The notes under the pieces: model-generated
Seen by the model: the letters and a program-made list of their open reading frames with translations, nothing else
Databases searched by the model: none
What the model was told of the DNA's origin: nothing
Assembly (NCBI GenBank): GCA_965112155.1
Contig: OZ218103.1
Reading direction: 5' to 3' (one strand)
Source: Podarcis liolepis
Lineage: Eukaryota
Length of the DNA: 64,000 bases
Made by a program: the position numbers and the translations under genes
Shown: in pieces, positions 24,901 through 36,100 of the stretch
Position numbering within the stretch: position 1 is the first letter of the stretch
Layout of the letters: each line of letters opens with the position of its first letter

Positions 24901-27900
24901 TGCTCAGGAACCTCACCCAAGAAGGGGAGATTGGAAACTGAATGGCAATTACTTAGGTTTTCCGAATCCACATAGGATTTCTTGAAGAGAGGTTTTACCA
25001 CAGCTTTTTACCCTTGCCTTTTTACGATTCCCTCTCGCATGGAGGCATTAATCACCTCCCTGGCCCTTCCAGCTATCCTCCTCCTCCTTGCTAGTTTTTA
25101 CCTGCCAAGAGGGGCAAGGGTCCAGAGTGTCAGTGGTCACCCAGACCAATCCAAGTACTTGTCCACATCATGCCTTACTAACTGAAACTTATCCAACATA
25201 ACAGGGCTAGACAGTGCTCTGGACACCTTTAGAGATTAATCTGCTGTAACAGTAGAGTCAAAGTCTTGGCAAGATCAAGCAATTTTATTCTCAAAATGCT
25301 TTGCAAAAAAAATCACAGTGAGCTACTGTCAGTTCTACCACTTCCTTTGAACCAAACCATAAAAGGCCCCATACTACCTGGAAAAGCTCTGCTGGATGTC
25401 AAATGTGGTTCCCATGGAGGCAGCAAAGTATGCCTTCTTTGCTGCTTTCACTGCCACTAAATAGGCTAATGGTACATAGCTTGCTCTGTATTTTTATCAT
25501 GTATTTCTCTGAAGGGTAACAAGGATTTCTGTATTTAAAGCCCTTCCTTTGTTTTCTGATCTGCTCTTGGAAAAGTCACACAATGTTAGCTAATATGTGA
25601 ACTCCAAAGTCCACTACCCTTTCATGTAAGTCTCTCGGCTTTAGTACAACTTTGGCTTAATCCTTATTCTTTAAGCTTTCTGCCTTTGCATCAAAAGCCC
25701 TTCAGTTAAAATATCCCCTAACAATCCAAATTAACATGTTTGCTTATTACCCAGTTATAGCTCATTCACATCTTGAGTACCACTAATTCTTGCTAAGTTA
25801 ATACCGACTGTGATTAATGGGAAGATAGTACGGAATGTGAGCAAAACCAAATTGTGACATTATTCATCCAATTAATAATTGTGTGATTATTTTAAAGGAA
25901 AACATATAGCAAATGCTGGGGGACGAGATTTGGACTGGGACCCCAAAGGGGCATTTAACCCTTTGCCTTGGCTGCAGTCCAAATCCAGACTACCCTGCAC
26001 AGCTGCTACGTGCAGCTAGGAAAAACATCCCTTTGGTGCAAGAACCAAAATAAAATCCTCCCCTCCTCCTACACAGTTCTGATCCAGATCAGTCTTCCCC
26101 ACAGCTACTTACTACTTCTTAATTTTTACTTTTTTAAATCATACAACTGTTAGCGGCATTCATAATGTCACATCTAGTTTGGGCCTAAGAACATAACCAG
26201 GAGAAATGAACATTTGAGGTTGTTTCCAGGTAGCTTACTGGCTTGAATTTACAGAATTGACAACAGGTGGCTGAACACAGGACTGTAGGGAGGGTTCACT
26301 GGTCTACGTAGCTCAGCACTGTCTACATTGACTAGTAGTTGCTCTCTAGGACGGGAGACTTTCCCAGCCTGACCTGGAGATGCTGGGGATTGAACAAGAG
26401 ACTTTTTGAATGCAGGACAGATGTTCTACCTCTGAATCATGGCCCTAAGAATGCTCAATCCTTTCTCTTGACCTTAGTATGGCAGCTTCTAAGTTTTCTA
26501 TTAGTTAGTTAGTGGCAGATAGCCTGCTTTGTACTTTCAACTGTGGTTTCCTTTGCTCCCATTGTTTAAACAGGTTTCACATTTATTATTGCATTTTTAT
26601 GTGGCATTTCTATTTTGCACCCCACCTACAAAAGGTAACCACAATGCCAGTGACAGATGGGCTACCTGAGAGGTTAAGGGCTGCCCGTTCCGTAGCCATT
26701 TGACGGTAGGCCTTGGCTTGCCAGCTGCAGCACAACTCCAACGAAGGTCTGCTCCGATGTCAGCCTCTTTGTCTGAGATGACCTTCAGCCATTCTGGCTG
26801 AGCTATAAAAAGAACAAGAAGAGAACGGGACGTATGCACTTCAGACAGGAAGCAGTGCGAGATTCATGATGCTCAAGTTGTGGTGGGAATTTATTACAAT
26901 GTGCAACCCCTAACAACCCACATTTCATTTCCAAAACAATGATTAAAAAATATATATGGGGAAAACATGTAACTTGGAGGTTCACAGATTTGCACAACCT
27001 ATCTCAGCCCTAGATTCTGCAGATTATTCCATCCTTAGGGATCCCTTATTTCATCGTTATGCTTTAGGTTTCCACCCACCCTGTGCACTATTTGGGAAAT
27101 ATGAAAAGCACAGAGAAAGGTTCAAGAGGGACCTCCAGCTCTCTTTTCATTTGGAACAATGTACTAGGAAAGATGTAGGGCTGATGGCTGCCTGCCAGAG
27201 GATTGCTGGGAGCTCCAACTATGCTGCCCCAAGCATTCTAAGGATGGGCGGGATAGAAATATAATAAAAGGATAAGATACTTGTGAAGGAACCTCCAGGA
27301 GTGCTTTACCTTGGATGATGATGCGGCCCCGATAGGTGTCTTTTCCTTGGGCATTTTCAGCTTCACACTCATAAGTGCCTTCATCTTCAAAGCCAATCTC
27401 CTTAAACTGTAGAAGGGGCTCTGTTGTGATCCACTCAGAGGACTGGCTACCATCCAACTTCCGCCATTTTATTCGAGGGACAGGGCTAGATTATAAATAA
27501 ACCTCTGTAAAAGGGCACTTCAAGCTTCAGCATCAATGCAACAGCAACAAACACTGGAATCCTGTGCAATTCAATTATTTCCCTTTCCTCGTTGTAAGCC
27601 TTATGTCTTCCATTTTTTTAAACTAGCCAAGCTTTTCTCTTTGACCTTTTAGTAAACTATCATTGTCTCTCACAACCCACACCTTAATTTACAGAAACAA
27701 GAGTTCTGCTGGCATTCAAGTCTTCTTACAATTCATATCCTCTTGATGGGGGGGGGGGAATCACTACCACCTACCCACCTGCGATTCTCAGTTTGGTGTG
27801 GTCTTTGCACATGCTCAGAGGCACTCTTATTTATTACACCATCCATTTGAAGGCAAATACATAACATTAAAAACAGATTCTGGTGAGTTCAGGAGCAGCC

Positions 27901-30900
27901 TATGCGCTATTTTGGTGGGGTGGGCAGTAGAATCAATATTACTTACCTGGATGGGGCAGGGCCGTCCAGGTGCACTGGCAGCACCTGGTTGGCTCTATCT
28001 GTGCACCCAGCAGCCCTGACTTCGCTGCTGCCCTGTACCATCCAGATAAGTGGCAGCATCACCAGTGCTGGGAGGCTGACACCACATCATCACACCAGCC
28101 ACTCCTGGGTGGGTCCTAGCTCAAACTAGTCAACATTTACTTTGCAACACCCAAAAGTCATCAAAAGGATTATTAAATATTTCAGATTATTAAAAACCTC
28201 ACTCGCAAACAGGGCAAAGGAGTAAAATAGATGGGAAATAGGGCTTCATCAAATGTTTGCTTGGTTATGTTCCAGATAATGCAGGCTAAGAATCTATGAT
28301 CCTCAAACCTTCTTCAGGACAGAGTTTCTCTGATATTTAAAACAGCAGCTCTCTTCTTCCTTCCTCTTCTGCATTCTTGGTTCCTCAGAACAGAGTCTAC
28401 AATATTCAACTCATAACTATGTTGGCCTGCAACTTTTCTGCTGTCACCAGCAAGAGACTAAATGCAATTGACACAAGTACTCACTTCCCAAAGGCAAAGC
28501 ACTCCAAAGCCACCAGCTGCCCGGCCAGAGCATAAGTGTCAGAAGGAAACTTGGCTTTAATGCTGGGAGCAAACGGCCTGGAATCTGTGGGAAGGGGGAC
28601 AAGAGGTTGAAAGCTTGAAAGCTACCCATGCAGGAGGTTGCAAAGCACAGGCCTCCAAAATGATTCATCTTCGAAAAAGTGCATGTTCGAAACCCAATGT
28701 TAAGTTCAGCATTTACTTTTTTGTGTACTTGCAGTTTTTACATTACTGGTGTGGCACAGCCGCGGCTGCCACACAGCCATCACCCACCCTGCTCTGACGT
28801 AGCTTGTGATGGAAGAGGAGAGCGATGAGTAAGGAAATCCTGGTCCACCTCTGTTCCATCTAGCTCAGTGTCATCTACACCAGCATCCCTCAGCCTGGGG
28901 CCTTCCAGATGTTTTTGTCAGCAGCTCCCATCACACTTGACCATTGGCTGGATGACTGAGGCAGATGAGAGTAGGAGCCCAACAACATCTGGAAGACACC
29001 AGGGTGGGAAAGGCTGGGATAGACTGACAGCCACTGGCTCTCCAGGGTTTTAGACAGGAGTCTTTCCCAGCCCAACCTGGAGAGACCAGGGATCAAACTG
29101 GAACCTGCTAGATGCAAAGCATGTACCACACCATTGAGCTACAACAGATCCCCCTGAGGTGGCCTTAGGCCAGCCACTCTCTCTTAACTGTCCCAACCTA
29201 TTCTGCTATATGGGGATGGTAAGAGCGACCTACCTCTCCACCCACAAAAATATTCAGATCACCAAAGCCACTGGTTGGCTCCAAGGAGGAGGACTCAGAT
29301 TTCAACACAGACAGACAGGAAATAAGCGCTGAATATCACCCAGCTGCATGGAAGGCTCCCCACTCCCCATTAACAGTACAACAGGGGACACTCTGTAATC
29401 AGGGACCATGGCATCTTGCAGTCTCAAGTAGGCAAGGAACTGCTCATAGGACACCATACATGGCTGGCTGGTATGTTTGGCTTGGTGGGTCACAGGTTCT
29501 GCAGGCCTACTTCAGAAATGCCTCCATCTAGAGTTGGCCCGCCTAGGGCATCTCTCAGAGGGATCTGTTCAACTGGGCTTCCAACATTGTGGGTCGCCAG
29601 TGCACTGACCTTCTCTGAGAAGATTGAGCTGAGATACTTTGCTAAAGACACTCTTCTGAATGGAATCAATCTGGCCAGTGACAAAGCAGGAGTAGTTGCC
29701 GAGGTCAGAGGCCTCTGTCTTAGCAATGTAAAGGTTTCCCGTTTTTTGGGAGATGAAACGCCTTCCGTCTGCTGGGATGAAGTTGGGGAATTCGTTCACA
29801 AACCAGCGGTATGCAAGTCCTGTGTGCAAAGGGAGAGAGAGGGAGAGGATGAAACACTGGCTCCTCTGTATCAGAGTGACGCTCGGAGGCTGACCTCGGT
29901 ACGCTATTTCCCAGACTGAGACACAAGCTAAGTCCAGTAGCTATTCATTCGCTATGAACAAAGAAACAAAAGTGAGCGCATTTGTTGTTATTCTAGACGG
30001 GATGTACAATGCTCCCACAATGTTCATTTTTAGAGAACTGAACCTGATGCCCTCCAATTTCTTGACAAGAACTTTGGACCTGCTATTGGTTTCTTCCTTT
30101 ACTACTTCCGACTCCTCATGCCACAGATTGTGGGCTAAAGTTCAACAGTCCTGTGGGTCTCAGCCAAAGGTTTCTCAAAGTTTTCCATACCAGAATTCCC
30201 TTTCTTCCACCCCCACCCCCACAAGAGATCTCTTCTCATTCACATGCTCTTTCCCTTCCTTATGTGCACTGCAACCCCCCACCCACTCAGTAATAATCAT
30301 GCGGTCCCCTGATAACCAAAATGTGTAGGGTGGAAGGTAGAGATGAACTGAAATCACATCCCTGAAATATTCAACTACAGATTCGTCTATACAAAGAGCA
30401 TTAATGATTCAATTTCTACAATATCAGCTTCTGGCATGAAATCGACAGCACTGATTTTCATTGTTCCCTGGGAGAATTCCAGAATTCACAGCCGCAGAAT
30501 TTAGTCTGAGATGAACAGAGCAATTCATGCTTCTTAGAGAACATTTCAGCTACCTGTACATACAAGAAAGCATGGGATGTAATAAACCAAGACCTACTGT
30601 GAGTAGACCCATTGAAATGAATGAACGAACCTAAGTTAAACAGATAAATTACTTTCCATGAGTCTACTCTGAGTAGGACTAGCATTTAATACCACCCCAT
30701 AGCATCTGCTGTTTACACATGATAAGCAGGTTATTGCTTCAACCATAAAGACCAGGCACAACTTAGCGCTTATCTACACCTCTCTTTGCCTGCTGCTTTC
30801 CCTTGGTGATAACCTGCAGTTTAGCAGGTTACTGGGTTTTCCATGGACTGCCATTTGTTTCAATTTAGCATGAAAGAGGTTTTCCAAGGGATAGTGGCAG

Positions 30901-32397
30901 GGCACAGGGAAAACTGCTCAGACCTATATGAACAAAATGGAATAGTTGGAGCTTCCTTTCTTTTCTTCCCCTCCCCCCTTTGTTTAATTTATTTCAATCT
31001 GATATAAAATTACAAAAAAGACTTCTCAAAGACAATGTAATTACAATATAGATTCCAGTATATTATAAATGTTAACCATTAATCAAACAGAGAGACATTT
31101 AGATGCAATACATTTCTCCTTTGGGATAGAGCCTTGGTAGTTTATCAATTTCTGCTTTTCTGAAGTCTGGCTTAAGCATTCTGGTGTAGAAAACAACAGC
31201 AGCATGTTTCCAGTATTTTGCAAGGATAATTGTTGCCACAATTTTTTTTAAAAATCAGTGATTTTAACAGCAAAAGGAGGATATGATTACATAAGGTGTG
31301 GAGAAAGTGGATAGTTTTCTCCCTTTCTCGTAATATTAGAAACTCAGGGCTATCTAATGAAACAGAAAGTTGGAAGATTCAGGACAGTCAAAAGAAAGTA
31401 CTTCACAGTTGACTATGGAACGTAGGGCTATCAAGGGTTCCTAGCCATAACAGGTATGTTCTGCCTCCATGGTCAAAGGCAGTAAGGATTCTGAGTACCA
31501 CTTGCTGGAAGCCACGGGATGGGAGAGTGCCTTGCTTGCTGGTTTCACACAGCCATCTAGTTGGCCACTGTGAGAGCATGATGCTGGACTAGGTGGAACA
31601 GCTGGCCTGATCCAGAAGGATATTCTTATGTTCATATGAATTAACTACCAAACAAGGTAATAATGGCCACCACACTTTAAAAGAGCATTAGACAAATTCA
31701 TGGGTGATAAGTTTATCAACAGCTGCTAGCCCAAATGGCGATGTTCTGTTCCAACGTTTGAGACATCATTCCTCTGAATACCAGATGTTTGGAACTGAAA
31801 GTAGAGACAGCGCTGTTGCACTCATGTCCTGCTTATGGGTTTTCTATGGGCATCTGCTTGACTGCTTTGAGAACAGGCTATTGAACTAGATGGGCCTTAG
31901 GCTTTATCCAGCAGAGTTCTGATTATGCTCTCACGAAAGGAATGGCTTTGTCCAAATTGCTAAACACAATTATGTATGGGTTTATACCATTAGCTACCCC
32001 TGTCATTTGATGGATTGCTCCCTGAATATGGGTGAGAACCTCATTTCTAGTGCGCTGTCATTGTCTTACCTGGGTAATGGGGAGGTGGGCTGCAAGTAAA
32101 CATCACCCCCCAGCCCTCCGTAACCCTCACGGGGTCTCGCTCTTCTGTAGAGAATTCCTGCAAAACTAAACACAAGAAATGAGTGGAGGTGATGAAACAT
32201 GAGCTATGAAAGCCTAACAATCTTACAAATTAGATCTTTCTCTGCTCAGAGAGAAATGATGCTAGTTACAGGCAATCATGCTTCCATCATATCAAAAGGA
32301 AATTAAATTGAAAGAGTAACGGCAGATGGCATCATGAACAGCACTCAGAAAATGTGCTGGGAATGAACTAGCTAAATCAATACTATCCCCACTGCAA

Positions 32398-32445
<48 letters not shown>

Positions 32446-33098
32446 ATCTATCTTTTTCAAACGTATATTCAGCCATTTTGGTCATCAGCGGCTCCTAAAA
32501 ATGGCGTACAAATTTTTAAAAATACACATACAAGAGCAAAAACCCAAGATTAAAACACGTGAACACCTCAGTGGACAAACAATAAAACATCAGAGCAGCA
32601 CCACCAAGATAAACAAATTAGAAGGACTCAACCCCCTGTTGTATGAAAGGAAATGCTTTTGCTATCTTTCAAAAAGCGCTTGGTAAATCTGTCTGCTAAA
32701 CCACCCTGGGTAATCAATTTTACAGAGTGAGTGGCACCACCAAAAAGATCCTACCCGTCATATCAGAATTCTGGGGGCATACGTAAAATTCATACAGAAT
32801 ATCATCTGATGACCTACGCAAATAGGAGGAGACAACCCCTGAGGTAACATGGAACTAGGGCTGAAAGGTTAAAAACACAACCCAGTTTTGTCTGGAAAGT
32901 AACAGGAAGCCAGAATCAGAAATAAGTTCCCGGCAGCTGGCGCTAGTTCACAGCCAAGCTGCCCCAGTACAACCACATTTCCTAAACATACTCTCTATTC
33001 AGCATTATGCATTCAGCAGTGATGGAACTTCTCACATCCACATACTCATCAAAATAGCTCATGTCTTTAGCATCTTGGCTGAAGTCACATAACCCTTG

Positions 33099-33162
<64 letters not shown>

Positions 33163-36100
33163 TTTATGCTCCACTCATTTATGCTTCCAACAGAATATTA
33201 AAAACATGATAAAACACCAAACATTAAAAATTTCCCTAAACAGGGTTGCCTTCAGATGTCTTCTAAAAGTCAGATAGTTAGTAAAAGTTCCCTTTATAAC
33301 ACATACTTCAAGAACTTTAACCTGGTTATGCTTGGAGCTGTCACAACACCATCCTTCTCTTGCTCAGTAAAATGTTAGCCAGTTTTAATCCATGCTGGTG
33401 TCCAGCATTTGGCCCTCCTGAAATAGCTGTGATATACATGGGCCACCTCACTCTCCTTAGAGGGGCAACGGTTCAGAACCATTATCAAAGTGCCTCAATT
33501 CCCACAGGACGATGAAAGGGACTGGGGTCCTCATTCATGTTCCCCCCTTTGTTTGTCCTCCACTGTCCTCATCTAAACACAGATCCCTTTGGGCAAATAG
33601 AAGGGATCATGCAGACCATTTGGGCACCCCGACCGGCTCCCTCAAGTCCCCAGCCTCATCTATCACCCCATCCCTCTGCTCAGCCTGCTCAACTTGTATG
33701 ATTTTTAAGGGCACATGCCAGCGTATCCAATTTCTCAATGCTTCACTGCCACCCTTGGCTGTGATGCTGCCAGGGAACCATGGATGGCACATTGCTTGGC
33801 TCCCTTCTGTTTTACTCCTCTTCTGCACCAAATTGTCTTCAGAAAATCCACTTGAGAAAATCCACTTACAGCCAAAGCGAATGGAAGCTTCTCTGCTGAC
33901 TACGGTGCCCACCGAGTTGGATGCCACACACTGGTAGGACCCAGTGTCTTTGGCTTTCACTGGGTTGCTGATCACCAGGTTGCCCCCGTTCAACCTATAA
34001 CGGGAATCTGGCTCTATTTTGATCTCTGTGCCATTCATCTTCCACCTGCCAAGACAATGGTATTTGGTTGGAGTGGGGAAAGAACAGAGTCATCACAGCT
34101 GCACATTAACATTGTCCTGAATACCAACACACACTGGCATTTATGATGTACACAAAAACCCTCAATAGGACCTATTGTAGGACAGTGGCTGAATGGTGGA
34201 TGCTGTCTCAGTAGCTACAATGCTAGCCCAGTAATCAGGGGGAGAAGTGGCTGCACTTTGTCGAATGCTAAAGAAAATCCAAATCTCAATGATTATTCTA
34301 AGAGCCTTTAGGCTGTGTTTTATCTCACCAGGAAGCACATCACTCACCAGGGTTGGCCTCAACATCACTGACTGGGTTTGTTTGATACTGCTATAAATTA
34401 TTTAACTTTGCTCTGCAGGCCTTCCTGCTTTCCAGATCTAGTCTTCTGAAAAATGCTCTCTCAATTTGCCCTATCCTGTTCATGGATGCTTCCAGACAGG
34501 GACCCTTCAGCAGCGCCCAACCATTGCTATTCTGCTTCCAGAGTGGAATAACAATGCTATTCCCAGACTTCTGTGAGGAGCCCCACTTTCCCCAGCCCCA
34601 AACGTTTGGAAGGGACACTTTGGAAGGAACATTGAGACCATTGTGTATTGGGAAAGGGTTAAAGCAGGCATAGGCAAACTCGGCCCACCAGATGTTTTGG
34701 GACTACAACTCCCATTATCCCTAGCCAACAGAACCAGTGGTCAGGGATGATGGGAACTGTAGTCCCAAAAACATCTGGAGGGCCGAGTTTGCCTATGCCT
34801 GAGTTAAAGACTCATTTCCCCTTCATTGCACTCTGAGTCATGATTCCAAACCCCAACTACAATTGGGGCGGGAAAGAAAAATAGCCGGCGTAAAGGAAAA
34901 AGGACTTAGAAAGGGAAGAGTATGAGTGGATTCATGGAGAGAAGAGACAGACCAGAGAGAGAAAAATAACTACAGAGAGGGTAGGGAACCTATTTCAGCC
35001 TGAGGGCTCAGTTGGCCACCTAGTCTAACCCCCTGCAATGCAGGAATCCTCCCCACAGCTGTCCCCAGGTGGCCTCGAACCACCAACCTTCCAATTAACA
35101 GCCAGACGCAGTGATCCATTGCACCACAGATGCACTAACAGAAGACGACTTATCTGCAATCTCGGCCCTGTGATGCTTAGTACCAAGATCAGAGATCCCT
35201 TTGCCTAATGGTTCAGAGCATATCTCCAATCTAACGATTAGATTTTAATCACGAGAAGTTAGTAGATGTGCCTACTGAGCCATTGGTCAAAGCAAGGCGA
35301 GTAATGGTAAGTCAGAAAATGATATGGAATGATTGGCAGGTGGGCAGGGCTTATTGGGACTGGCTTGGTTGGCCAGACTGAGGGATGTGGTGGGCCACAT
35401 TAAGCTTTTGGACCAGAGGTCCCCCACTGATGAGTTAGAGCAGGCTTCCTCAACCTCGGCCCTCCAGATGTTTTTGGCCTACAACTCCCATGATCCCTAC
35501 CTAGCAGGACCAGTGGTCAGGGATGATGGGAATGGTAGTCTCAAAACATCTGGAGGGCCGAGTTTGAGGAAGCCTGAGTTAGAGCAACCTACCAGGCCAG
35601 AATAGAAGTGCAATAGGCCATTTATGTTTGTTGAATTAAGCAATTATTCCACTGAGCTAAAAGACCCTCAGGTTTTCTGAACTCAAAGGTGGGGAGGAAG
35701 CTGAGCAGGGAAATAATGAAACAAAGTTCAAACCAACATATTTAGTCTGCAATCCTATAGTCACTTTCCAGAGAATCAGCTCCATTGAACTCTACAGGAC
35801 TTACCCTTGAATATAGGATTGCCCTGTTTAGAATCCCATGGACGTCAACTGGAGAGAGTTAGAATGCACTCTTTTCCGTTTAATTCAATGGGACATAAAA
35901 TGCTTGCCTTTGGTCCCTGAGATGAATGGGCATGACAGCAGGGTATGCGTGAATGCAAAACAACAACAAACCATTGCCATACACTTGTGTACATCGCAGC
36001 CATAGGCTTTCCAACAAAAACGTTGCTATGATCACGTAACCTCACCTATAGGTCGCAGGAGGGCTGGCTCGTGCTTGACAAACCAACAGTATTTGCTCCT

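Noticed and set aside
29416-29919. 167-aa plus-strand ORF
   Set aside because: Antisense shadow of CNTN2 exon 6; the same applies to ORFs at 18101-18511, 33512-33937 and 14983-15348
33607-33869. Long intronic continuation of the exon 4 reading frame as an Ig1-only isoform
   Set aside because: Consensus GTAAGT donor, and the extension has no recognisable features; likely chance
35061-35132. Functional tRNA-Asn gene
   Set aside because: Multiple stem mismatches, no T-run terminator, and fused to a CR1-like tail
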